Numbered from the stretch's first letter, positions 50,837 to 59,993 are shown. The stretch is DNA of 64,000 nt from Cyanobacteria bacterium auto_48_18 (GCA_036170915.1 JAVHQC010000035.1:160001-224000), one strand, 5' to 3'. The notes: generated by a model from the sequence alone, not told the origin. Made by a program: numbers and translations.

Positions 50837-51453
50837 ACTTCACTGTCTGCCAGACTTACTTCTTTTATAGATTGCAAAATCCATTCTGCCGCTTGCACGA
50901 TAGAAGCCGCCTGATAATCGGGTTTGACCGGCCATTGATAGGCCCCCGATTGAACGTCTTTGCCATAACCAGTTTCTACCAGTACTCCCTTAATCTTGCA
51001 ATTGGCGGCCAGCTCTACGTCAGTGGCCTTGTCGCCCACCATAAAAGCAAGGTTGCGACTGAGAGCAGGCATATCTTTGTAAGCCCTCTCTACAAGACCA
51101 GGGCCAGGTTTGCGGCAATCACAGGCAATGTTGTAAGGCGGCACTGAACCACCTTCTTCAGGTGACAAATGGGGACAATAGTAAATGGCATCAAGATGAG
51201 CACCATGACCTTTCAGGAGCTTTGTCAGGCGCTCGTGCAAGCCATTGATATGGTCTTCAGCATAGTAACCACGTGCCGCACCAGTTTGATTGGTGACAAG
51301 CACGCAAGCCACCCCTGCATTATTGAGTTTGGCTATGGCTTCGCCGGCACCATCGATTAGATTGAGATTATCAAGCTCGCGAATGTAACCGGCTTCTATA
51401 TTGAGAGTGCCGTCGCGGTCAAGAAACACCACCGGCTGAAAATCGCTAGACAT
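50833..51453 (-). CDS. gmhB: GmhB-like HAD phosphatase (D,D-heptose 1,7-bisphosphate phosphatase family)
   Basis: FLDRDGTLN, VTNQ.G.ARG, YYCPH, C.CRKP.PG, GDK.TD. Confidence 0.88.
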   Translation of the reverse strand: MSSDFQPVVFLDRDGTLNIEAGYIRELDNLNLIDGAGEAIAKLNNAGVACVLVTNQTGAARGYYAEDHINGLHERLTKLLKGHGAHLDAIYYCPHLSPEEGGSVPPYNIACDCRKPGPGLVERAYKDMPALSRNLAFMVGDKATDVELAANCKIKGVLVETGYGKDVQSGAYQWPVKPDYQAASIVQAAEWILQSIKEVSLADSEV

Positions 51454-51481
51454 ATGGCAAAACCCACTGGCAGGGAGAGGG

Positions 51482-51525
51482 ATCGGTTCGGTTCAGTTCA
51501 ATTCAATTCAGCTCAGTTCCGGTCC
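51482..51525. repeat. Degenerate 5-bp tandem repeat (NTTCA/NTTCG) in divergent promoter region
   Basis: atcggttcggttcagttcaattcaattcagctcagttccggtcc. Confidence 0.7.
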
Positions 51526-51611
51526 GTAAATCTATTACTATTTTAAGTCGCTGGACCGAGGTAGATGGATATGTTACGATGGCGAGTAGTTTCTTTACCA
51601 TTTGAAATCAT

Positions 51612-52013
51612 ATGCGATTAAACGACGAAAACGCTTCTTTTCGATTTAACCAGAAGGGCCTGCGCAAGTTCTTAGGCGATTTGGAATGCGAAATAATGGA
51701 GCTGGTCTGGAAGTTAGCCAACCCCACAGTCACTGTCAGAGACGTCTTCGACGCTCTGCGACATGAGCGCGAAATCGCTTACACCACTGTGATGACCACC
51801 ATGGTGCGCTTGTCGGAAAAAGGTCTACTCAAAATTGTGGATAAAATCGGCCTGGCCAATTGCTACATGCCTGAATATGATCGCGAAGAATTTTTATCGA
51901 CTGCAGTCAAACTAGTGCTGGATATTTTCACCAGTCAGTTTCCTCGTGAGTCAGCTGAGTTTATGGAAGTCTATCAAGCGAAACTGGCTAAGAAAGCTCA
52001 ACGTAAACGCTAA
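51612..52013 (+). CDS. BlaI/MecI/CopY family transcriptional regulator
   Basis: LGDLE.EIM..VW, TVRDV, AYTTVMT.M.RL..KGLL. Confidence 0.92.
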   Translation: MRLNDENASFRFNQKGLRKFLGDLECEIMELVWKLANPTVTVRDVFDALRHEREIAYTTVMTTMVRLSEKGLLKIVDKIGLANCYMPEYDREEFLSTAVKLVLDIFTSQFPRESAEFMEVYQAKLAKKAQRKR

Positions 52014-52046
52014 GACAATAAATTGGCACCTCTTTCAAATTAAGGC

Positions 52047-52082
52047 GTTGGCACTACTGGTAGTGTCAACTATTTGTTTTTC
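52047..52082 (+). terminator. Probable terminator hairpin after blaI-like gene
   Basis: GTTGGCACTA-CTGG-TAGTGTCAAC followed by tatttgttttt. Confidence 0.6.
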
Positions 52083-52097
52083 TCTAACTTATGTTTG

Positions 52098-53513
52098 CTA
52101 ATGCTGCTCAAATAAGGGCAAAACATTTTTAGCAACGTCGCCAATCAGCGGAATAGTGTCTGTACGAAACGGTGCCACAGGAATGCCGTTCTTGCTGAAT
52201 AAAGCCGCCGGCACGTTATTGGCCCAAGCATAACGGCAATGAACCGGAAGATGCACCGAAGCACTGGTGAGATAAATGACGTTATTTTCCATTGTCACTT
52301 TCGCAGTTTTGAACTGCCCATCTTCACCGGCAATTTCAAATGCCTTTGTCTTTGGGTCTTTGAGTTCTAAACCACTGTCGGCAACTGAAAAAGTAACCTT
52401 GAGTTGCGGGCCCACGCGCTCTGCGGACGAAAAGCGTGGAATCAGGGCGTTAGCACTGCGGTAGAGGCGGCCCGCTACAATTTGTGCGCAGTTTTGACCA
52501 ATCAACAGCTTGTCGGGACTGCGCAGGTTAGCCCACGTGGCATTGGCAGGCGCATTGATTGTCGGCACAAGATAACAATGAGGAGCAAGGCAAGCTTTTT
52601 GCTGAGCTTCGCGAAAATAGGCCAGGGGGCTGAGATTTTCACCATCGATATTCTTACCCCCCCAGCGGGGCAATTGCACGACAAAAAATGGCATATCAGC
52701 AGCGAAGCGCTTGCGCCAGCTCTTTGTCAAAAGGGCAAATTGCATGGGATAGGAATTGAAACTGGACAGATCGTTCTCGCCTTGATACCAGACAACAGCT
52801 TTAAACGGCAGGCCAGTCAGAGGCAACAGGTATTTATCAAAAACCGCACCAGGCTCTGTAGTGTTTTTCTTGCCGCTCTTCTCAGGCAAATCTCTGCTGG
52901 CAATCCAGCTATGCAAATTGGCATTACCCACGGTGCACTGGACAATACCTACCGGCACATTTTCTTTCATCAATTTTCTTAAGGCGCTGACAAAGGCAAC
53001 GGCCAGAGCTGACCTATTATTGAGCTCACTGCTGTTGGCCGAGACCCACTTACCTGGCTGGCTCACATCATAAAAACGTGTCTCGTCCGGCAAAGCAATG
53101 GCAAGATTTCTGCAATCTGTTGATTCAGAGACCGGCAATTGCATATTCGACTGACCAGCGCAAAGAAACACGTCGCCGACAATGACGTCTTGCGCTTGAA
53201 CTTTCTGCCCCAATGACTGGATGGCAACTGAGAAAGGTGCACCGGCCGACCGTGCCGGCAAAGCAATTTCCCAGCGGCCATTAGCACCAGCAATGGTGGC
53301 GGTAGTGACGTCACCCAGAGTGGCTTGCACGGCGGCACCCGCAGCGCTCGAACCGACAAATTTGATCGGCCTGTCACGCTGCAAAATCATATGATCAGAG
53401 ACGATTTGATCTACTGCAAATTTAGCCGCCAACGCAGGAGAGGCCAACCACAAACTAAGCAGCAGTAGGCTGGCTACAAAGACAGGTCTAAATGGAGATG
53501 GAGATGGAGACAT
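52098..53513 (-). CDS. Exported sialate O-acetylesterase (SASA/SGNH) family protein
   Basis: Signal peptide; MILQRD.P, GDVFLCAGQSNM, WYQGE, RYAW, PFRTD. Confidence 0.88.
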   Translation of the reverse strand: MSPSPSPFRPVFVASLLLLSLWLASPALAAKFAVDQIVSDHMILQRDRPIKFVGSSAAGAAVQATLGDVTTATIAGANGRWEIALPARSAGAPFSVAIQSLGQKVQAQDVIVGDVFLCAGQSNMQLPVSESTDCRNLAIALPDETRFYDVSQPGKWVSANSSELNNRSALAVAFVSALRKLMKENVPVGIVQCTVGNANLHSWIASRDLPEKSGKKNTTEPGAVFDKYLLPLTGLPFKAVVWYQGENDLSSFNSYPMQFALLTKSWRKRFAADMPFFVVQLPRWGGKNIDGENLSPLAYFREAQQKACLAPHCYLVPTINAPANATWANLRSPDKLLIGQNCAQIVAGRLYRSANALIPRFSSAERVGPQLKVTFSVADSGLELKDPKTKAFEIAGEDGQFKTAKVTMENNVIYLTSASVHLPVHCRYAWANNVPAALFSKNGIPVAPFRTDTIPLIGDVAKNVLPLFEQH

Positions 53514-53559
53514 GGACAAGCAGCGCCAACTTTGATGGTCAGAACAAAATAACAGCATA

Positions 53560-53590
53560 GCAAAGAAGGGCCGCTTACGCGGCCCTTCTC
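53560..53590 (-). terminator. Terminator hairpin after secretin copy 1
   Basis: agaagggccgc-ttac-gcggcccttct perfect stem. Confidence 0.8.
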
Positions 53591-53622
53591 ATCAACATGC
53601 AATCGGATTTGAGTTAAACGAT

Positions 53623-55875
53623 TTATTCGTTGTCTGGAATCGGAGCGCCATCAGGCAAGGTCGGAGAAGTCTTTTGGTGACGTTCTGCGCGGCCGGATGA
53701 ATAGTGGCGTTCATCAACTACAGTTGGTTCAACCTGGAAGATGTTCATGTCACGAGGCCCTTCCACTCTGCCGATTTCTTCAGGAAGCTTGAGCTGACCT
53801 GGAGTACCGGGAAGAATGATTTCTGGTCTGACGGCAACAACAAGTTCGCTTTCGTTCTTGTTGAAGGCCTTCGACCGGTAAAGAGCGCCCAATACAGGAA
53901 CTTCGCCCAGTAGAGGAGTCTTGTTCAATTCTCTACCAACGTTGGTTGTGACCAAGCCGGAGAGATAGAGTTCTTGTCCTGGTTTAAGTTCAACAATGCT
54001 CTGGGTCTTTCTGGTGGTGAAGCCAGGAATAGAAGAACCTGTACCGAAAGTAAACGCAAGTTCGTTTGAGATGATTCTTTCTTCTGGTGAAATTTGCAAG
54101 TTAATGGTGCCATTTTCTTGCAGAACAGGAATCATGTTGAGACGAAGACCGAACGGTTCAAAGGTAACCGATGCCAGTGATTGGCCGGCGGTTGCGATTT
54201 GCTGAATGATTGGGATTTCTCCACCAGCCAGAAACGCAGCCCGTTCTCCAGAAATAGTCACCAGTGTTGGCTCAGCCAGAACCCGTGCTCTTCTTTGAGA
54301 AATGATGCCTTGAATAGTCGGGTTAACCGATACGCTACCGAAGTTAGAGATACCAGTAAACAGGTTGAACAAGTTAGCAGAGCCTAAAGTGGCACCACCA
54401 GGAGCAGCTAGCAGAATTGCTTGTGACAGCAATGATGATGCTGGGCCAACAGGTGTACCTTGACCAACACCGGTAACGAAAGTCGGTGTGAGGAAGCTAA
54501 CTGGTTGAAGGCTGCTGCCCTGACCATAGACAGGCAATCCGTTCACACCCGAGGGTCCGAAGAGTACCTGTGGCTGAATAGTTTGCATACCCTGACGGAA
54601 GCGAGCGCCCGTTTCAGAGTTCAGAACGACGTTGTTAGCTAAGTTTGTACCAGTACCACCAACACCGAAGGAGAAGTACTTACCGGCCATGCCAACGCCC
54701 ACTTGCAGAGCAAGTTCGCGGGAAGCCGATGTGTTCATCTCCATAAACGTGCAGTGCAGAGCAATCAAAGGCACTTTGCGCACTTTGACTAAACTCGTTA
54801 CCCGGCCACCATCAGAAGCCATAACCTGGGCTTTGCTAATGTTGTTTGGCAAGTTACCGAAGAAAGTGTATCTATCGACGGAGTTCAACTGTGCTAGCTG
54901 GCCAGATTGACCACCACCACCTGAGGTACTACCACCGGTTTCACCAATTTTGCCGTTAACGATTCTTCCGTTCACAACTTGAATGTTCATGCCGCGATCG
55001 TCCATGAACACGTTCGAAGCTGCGAAAGCTTTGATGATCGATTCAGGGTGATCAACGTCGCCAGTCAGAAGCACGCGGTCAGAGCCACCAACGGAGAAGG
55101 CTTTAACGATAATGCGAGGGTCAATTTCACGCAGTGTAGTTTGCAACTGTGTGTAATCGCGACTAACGCGCAAATCGACACTTATAGAATTGCCGGCATC
55201 ATCCCAGAGCAACATTGTGCATGTGCCGGGAGCCTTACCAAGAAGTACCATCTGATTTTCAGATACTACTACTGGCTCAGCAATTCCTGGGTCAGAAATT
55301 GATGTGCGAACAATTTTGTTCTTGAATTTAAAAGTTCTCGATTGAGAGACTTTCAAATCAATGGCATTTGTAGTTTTAAATTCTTCGAGTTCTACGGTGC
55401 CTGTCACCACCGGTGGTACCGGTTGAGCAGTAACGTAGGTGCTCTGGTCAGCAGCCTGAGCGACTACTTGATCAGGAGCGTATTGTGCAGCAGTTGGCAC
55501 CGAAGCAGCTTTAGCAGCTGCGCCTGAAACTACAGGAGCGGCGACACTGGAATCAACAGCAGAACTAGCTGAGTGAATTGCCATTGCGGTGCTAGCACCG
55601 GCAGCGCCACTATCTGCTGGAAGGAACAACATGGCATGACTTCCGTCGACGGAATCAACCTTGCTAGCTGGTGCCTTCTTCACCGAGCTAATCGCTTTAG
55701 TAGCGCTTGTGGTAACTCTATGAGCTGCCTTCGACACTTGAGGAGCGGTTGCAGTGGACGATCCGGCCATTCTTTGCCAGATTGCGCCTTGCGACTCCGA
55801 GTGTGCCGACAGCCAATTAGCCTGGAGCAACACTATTGATAGGCTCAAAGCTAAGCTCAACTGGGGCTTATTCAT
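53623..55875 (-). CDS. CpaC/RcpA-type secretin (pilus assembly N-terminal domain + secretin domain), copy 1
   Basis: Signal peptide; ISDPGIAE...LLGKAPGT; LAEPTLVTISGE.A.FLAGGEIP; TTRK.Q..VEL..GQ; P.LGEVPVLGALYRS..F.K.ESELV. Confidence 0.92.
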   Translation of the reverse strand: MNKPQLSLALSLSIVLLQANWLSAHSESQGAIWQRMAGSSTATAPQVSKAAHRVTTSATKAISSVKKAPASKVDSVDGSHAMLFLPADSGAAGASTAMAIHSASSAVDSSVAAPVVSGAAAKAASVPTAAQYAPDQVVAQAADQSTYVTAQPVPPVVTGTVELEEFKTTNAIDLKVSQSRTFKFKNKIVRTSISDPGIAEPVVVSENQMVLLGKAPGTCTMLLWDDAGNSISVDLRVSRDYTQLQTTLREIDPRIIVKAFSVGGSDRVLLTGDVDHPESIIKAFAASNVFMDDRGMNIQVVNGRIVNGKIGETGGSTSGGGGQSGQLAQLNSVDRYTFFGNLPNNISKAQVMASDGGRVTSLVKVRKVPLIALHCTFMEMNTSASRELALQVGVGMAGKYFSFGVGGTGTNLANNVVLNSETGARFRQGMQTIQPQVLFGPSGVNGLPVYGQGSSLQPVSFLTPTFVTGVGQGTPVGPASSLLSQAILLAAPGGATLGSANLFNLFTGISNFGSVSVNPTIQGIISQRRARVLAEPTLVTISGERAAFLAGGEIPIIQQIATAGQSLASVTFEPFGLRLNMIPVLQENGTINLQISPEERIISNELAFTFGTGSSIPGFTTRKTQSIVELKPGQELYLSGLVTTNVGRELNKTPLLGEVPVLGALYRSKAFNKNESELVVAVRPEIILPGTPGQLKLPEEIGRVEGPRDMNIFQVEPTVVDERHYSSGRAERHQKTSPTLPDGAPIPDNE

Positions 55876-55984
55876 TCAACTCTCCCTCTATGAACTCCCG
55901 AACTGTTTTCCGATTGCTTTCGAATACTGGGAGCATTCATGGTAAAGCCGGCACGAGACCGACCAGTACAGAAGCTTAACACGA
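55810..55984 (-). repeat. 175-bp perfect direct repeat, copy 1 (promoter/5'UTR + first 22 codons of secretin)
   Basis: Identical to 58566-58740 by direct comparison. Confidence 0.95.
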
Positions 55985-56224
55985 GTACTTGAGCAATGCA
56001 CTGATTTTTTCTATCAGGCACCACACATTCAACATTGACTTAACACAGCTTTATTCAGTAGTCGTGTATTCCTGCACAGCAGCCCGTCTTGGCCGATCAA
56101 AGTAAACCGCGACAGATGCCAATGACAACCATATGTGGTGCACGATTGGTCATCGCAAGCATGTATGTCAAGAACAAACTTCTACACATTTTTCTTGCAT
56201 TAGTAAATTTTCAATTTCAAGCTA

Positions 56225-56257
56225 AAAGAGGGAACAGCCTGCGCCACTCCCTCTCTT
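56225..56257 (-). terminator. Possible terminator hairpin after secretin copy 2
   Basis: agaggga...tccctct stem; short T tract on minus strand. Confidence 0.5.
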
Positions 56258-56282
56258 AAATTTGTCGTGAACAGAAAACGAT

Positions 56283-58631
56283 TTATTCGTTATCTGGAAC
56301 AGGAGCACCATCAGGCAACGTTGGTGAAGTCTTCTGGTGACGTTCTGAGCGTCCACTGGTGAAGTGGCGTTCATCAAGCACCGAAGGCTCAACTTGGAAC
56401 ATGTTCATGTCGCGAGGACCTTCTGTACGACCGATTTCTTCAGGCAATTTGAGTTGTCCTGGAGTACCGGGCAAGATAATTTCAGGTCTAACCGAAATCA
56501 CAAGTTCACTTTCGTTTTTGTTGAATGCTTTAGAGCGATAGAGGGCACCAAGCACAGGCACTTCACCGAGAATCGGCAATTTAGAAGTTTCTCTACCGAT
56601 GTTGGTTGATACCAAACCAGCGATATAGAGTTCTTGCCCTGGCTTGAGTTCAACTACCGTCTGAGTTTTACGAGTTGTAAAACCAGGGACGATACCGTTA
56701 CCCTGACCGAATACTGAGAAGGCAAGGTTATTGGCTAACAAGCGCTCTTCAGGTGATACCTCTAAGTTGATGACGCCATTCTCTTGCAGAATTGGAATCA
56801 TATTGATTCTCATACCGAAAGGTTCAAACACCACCGATTGTTGAGCAGTACCACCAGCAGCGATAGCTTGCAAAATTGGAATTTCGCCGCCCGCTAAGAA
56901 GGATGCACGTTCACCAGACAGAGTTACCAGTGTGGGCTCGGCCAGTACTCTGGCTCTACGTGAACTGATAATGCCCTGAACAGTAGGATTCACCGAGAAA
57001 GTCGTAGCACCATTACCGAACAAGCTGTTGGAGGTGAAAATGTTGGCAGCTTGCTGGGCGTTGAAGGTGACACCACCAGGAGCACCAAGCAATACTGACT
57101 GACCAAGCAGGCCACTAGGACTGAGCAAAGTGCCCTGACCAATACCGGTTCCGACGGCCTGGTTGGTGACGAAAGACACAGGCTGGAGAACATAACCAGA
57201 GTTGAAGCTGGGGTTGATGCCTTGGGCGTTAGTTGGTATCGGAGCAGTGTTTTGAGCAGGAGTTACAGAGCCGAGCGGTGTATAGGCTCTCTGGCCCGGC
57301 ACACTGGATATCGGTCCTGAGTTAACAGCATTGGCAGTACCACCAATACCAAACGAGAAGGTCTTGCTAGATACACCGAAACCAAGGGATACGGCCAACT
57401 CTCTAGCAGCACTGGTATTCATTTCTAAGAAAGTAACGTGCAGCACGATCAAAGGCACTTTGCGCACTTTAACCAGGCTGGTGACGCGACCACCGTCAGA
57501 AATCATTACTTGTGATTTGCCAATGTTGTTAGCGTTGTTGCCGAAGAACGTGTAACGGTCAACGGTACCAAGGCTGGCCAATTGACCAGACGAACCACCA
57601 CCCGCGGTAGCACCGCCGGTTTCTCCGATACGACCGGCAACAAGTCTGTTATTAGCAACTTGAATGTTCATACCGCGGTCATCCATATAAACGTTCGATG
57701 CGGCGAACGCTTTAATGATTGACTCAGGGTGATCAACATCACCAGTTAAAAGCACTCTGTCAGATCCACCGACCGAGAAAGCCTTAACTACGATGCGGGG
57801 ATCGATTTCGCGCAGTGTTGATTGCAGTTGAGCATAATCACGGCTGACACGAAGGTCGATTGATACCGAGTTACCGGCATCGTCCCAGAGAACCAGAGTT
57901 GATGTGCCAGGAGCTTTACCGAGAAGAACCAACTGGTTTTCTGCCACTACAACTGGTTCGGCAACGCCTGGGTCAGAAATAGAGGTTCTTACAATTTTGT
58001 TCTTCAATTTAAAAGTACGCGATTGCGAAACTTTTAAGTCGATAACGTTAGTAACTTTGTACTCTTCAAAATCGAGAGTACCAGTCACCACTGGTGGTAT
58101 CGGCTGCGGTGTGAGATTAGTATGGTCTGATTGCGCCAGTAAATAATCTGGTGCTAACTGAGCCAACATATTCTTGGAAGAGGCTGTGCTAGCTGCGGTC
58201 GATGGCAACGCTGCCAACTGACGAGGAGCAGCTTCGCCGGTTATGTCCGGAGCCGTCACCGGAGAAAGATCAGCCGTTTCGACTGGAGCAGCGCCAGCGC
58301 TGTCTAGTGGCAAGCCGGGGTGAATCGTTAACGCTGCTGCAGGTGCCGCACCGCCAGCGCCGAGTTCTCTACCTTTAGATAGGAACAACATCGCGTGACT
58401 TGCGTCTACTGCATCAGTCTTAGCAACTGGCGCTTTCTTCGCCGAATTTGCTAATTTGATATTTGTGGCAACTCTCTGAGTTGACCGGGACACACCTGTA
58501 CCTGCCGAGTTGGCAGAACTGGCCATTCTTTGCCAGATTGCGCCTTGCGGCTCAGATTGTGCCTGCAGCCAATTAGCCTGGAGCAACACTATTGATAGGC
58601 TCAAAGCTAAGCTCAACTGGGGCTTATTCAT
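56283..58631 (-). CDS. CpaC/RcpA-type secretin, copy 2
   Basis: Same motifs as copy 1; identical N-terminal 22 aa and near-identical C-terminus. Confidence 0.92.
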   Translation of the reverse strand: MNKPQLSLALSLSIVLLQANWLQAQSEPQGAIWQRMASSANSAGTGVSRSTQRVATNIKLANSAKKAPVAKTDAVDASHAMLFLSKGRELGAGGAAPAAALTIHPGLPLDSAGAAPVETADLSPVTAPDITGEAAPRQLAALPSTAASTASSKNMLAQLAPDYLLAQSDHTNLTPQPIPPVVTGTLDFEEYKVTNVIDLKVSQSRTFKLKNKIVRTSISDPGVAEPVVVAENQLVLLGKAPGTSTLVLWDDAGNSVSIDLRVSRDYAQLQSTLREIDPRIVVKAFSVGGSDRVLLTGDVDHPESIIKAFAASNVYMDDRGMNIQVANNRLVAGRIGETGGATAGGGSSGQLASLGTVDRYTFFGNNANNIGKSQVMISDGGRVTSLVKVRKVPLIVLHVTFLEMNTSAARELAVSLGFGVSSKTFSFGIGGTANAVNSGPISSVPGQRAYTPLGSVTPAQNTAPIPTNAQGINPSFNSGYVLQPVSFVTNQAVGTGIGQGTLLSPSGLLGQSVLLGAPGGVTFNAQQAANIFTSNSLFGNGATTFSVNPTVQGIISSRRARVLAEPTLVTLSGERASFLAGGEIPILQAIAAGGTAQQSVVFEPFGMRINMIPILQENGVINLEVSPEERLLANNLAFSVFGQGNGIVPGFTTRKTQTVVELKPGQELYIAGLVSTNIGRETSKLPILGEVPVLGALYRSKAFNKNESELVISVRPEIILPGTPGQLKLPEEIGRTEGPRDMNMFQVEPSVLDERHFTSGRSERHQKTSPTLPDGAPVPDNE

Positions 58632-58740
58632 TCAACTCTCCCTCTATGAACTCCCGAACTGTTTTCCGATTGCTTTCGAATACTGGGAGCATTCATGGTA
58701 AAGCCGGCACGAGACCGACCAGTACAGAAGCTTAACACGA
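58566..58740 (-). repeat. 175-bp perfect direct repeat, copy 2
   Basis: Identical to 55810-55984 (offset 2756). Confidence 0.95.
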
Positions 58741-59220
58741 CTGCTGCACAGTTGCACTAATCTTTTTCACACGGCACCATACATTCAACACTGGCTTAAC
58801 ACTTATCTCATTACAACAGCCAAGAGCATGACAGAGCCGTCAATTCTGGCGATCGTGTTTTTTAGGGATTGCGGTATTTGACAACCAGGGGTGGTGCCTA
58901 ATTGGTCTAGTAATATCGTCATAACTATGTATGTCAAGTGAGTCACCTAACCAAAAAGATATCGAAGGGCACCACCTGTGGAGACATGATTTTCTACTTA
59001 TCTTTTTTCGGCCAATGTCAAGCAGTAATTCTCTCTCAAAATCCTGTCCCCGTTTTATTACAATGATGTGGATTGAAGTGAGTGATGGGCCTGGGTTAAC
59101 CATAGCCCTGTCAAGAACAGAGTGTCGCTAACTGAGCGGCCTGAATAACCTTATATAGTGGTATATTCTTCAAATAACTTACTAAACAAATTAGTCAGCA
59201 CAATAAAAAGGAACTTAGCA

Positions 59221-59946
59221 GTGGATAACACTTCCGAACAAGAAAAAGTTCTGGTGGTCGATGATGAAGCCTCAATTCGGCGCATCCTCGAAACCCGGCT
59301 AAAGCTTGCCGGATATAACGTTGCAACAGCAGCCGACGGCCAAGAAGCACTCGAGCAGTTCAACGCATTCCAGCCAGACCTGGTCATCTTAGACGTCATG
59401 TTGCCAAAGATGGACGGCTACGAAGTTTGTAGAGAAATTCGCAAGACTTCTGATACGCCAATCATCATGTTGACTGCCGTTGCCGACGTTTCCAATCGCA
59501 TTCAAGGCTTGGAAATTGGTGCTGATGACTATGTGGTCAAGCCGTTCAGCCCCAGCGAATTGGAAGCCCGCATCAAAGCGGTTCTACGTCGCACAGTTGA
59601 ACGCCACCAAGAAGTTGGCCAGAGCAAAAGCTCTAACGTAATTACGATTGGTAATCTGAAAATCGATCTCAACAAGCGTCAAGTGACCCGTAAGAACGAA
59701 AGAATTCGCCTTACCGGAATGGAATTCAGCTTGTTGGAATTACTGGTGACCAATTCAGGCAAGCCTTATTCGCGCGGTGAAATCTTGCAACAAGTATGGG
59801 CCTATCCTCCTGATCACCGCATCGATACTCGCGTTGTCGATGTGCACATCAGTCGCCTGAGATCAAAACTGGAAGAAGATTCGTCTAATCCTGATTTGAT
59901 TTTGACCGCTCGCGGAATCGGCTACATGTTTCAAAAAATAAACTAA
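59221..59946 (+). CDS. rpaB: OmpR-family response regulator, RpaB/Ycf27 orthologue
   Basis: EKVLVVDDEASIRRILETRL, ERIRLTGMEFSLLELLV, DTRVVDVHISRLR.KLE, LILTARG.GY.FQ match cyanobacterial RpaB as I recall it; GTG start with AAGGA RBS. Confidence 0.9.
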   Translation: MDNTSEQEKVLVVDDEASIRRILETRLKLAGYNVATAADGQEALEQFNAFQPDLVILDVMLPKMDGYEVCREIRKTSDTPIIMLTAVADVSNRIQGLEIGADDYVVKPFSPSELEARIKAVLRRTVERHQEVGQSKSSNVITIGNLKIDLNKRQVTRKNERIRLTGMEFSLLELLVTNSGKPYSRGEILQQVWAYPPDHRIDTRVVDVHISRLRSKLEEDSSNPDLILTARGIGYMFQKIN

Positions 59947-59993
59947 AAGCTGAAGTGGTCTGATAACTCAAATCACTCCAAAATAAATGAACT

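Noticed and set aside
55876..55984. c-di-GMP-I riboswitch call for the secretin leader
   Set aside because: An AUUC-GAAA-G segment is present but the GGCAAACC and GACGCAAAG elements are missing; kept only as an unknown leader
59158..59220. Longer ORF-track N-termini (rpaB; also cysE 15429, radC 23362, ahcY 61386, eno 63643, mrnC 47725)
   Set aside because: Downstream starts fit family N-termini and/or have RBS motifs
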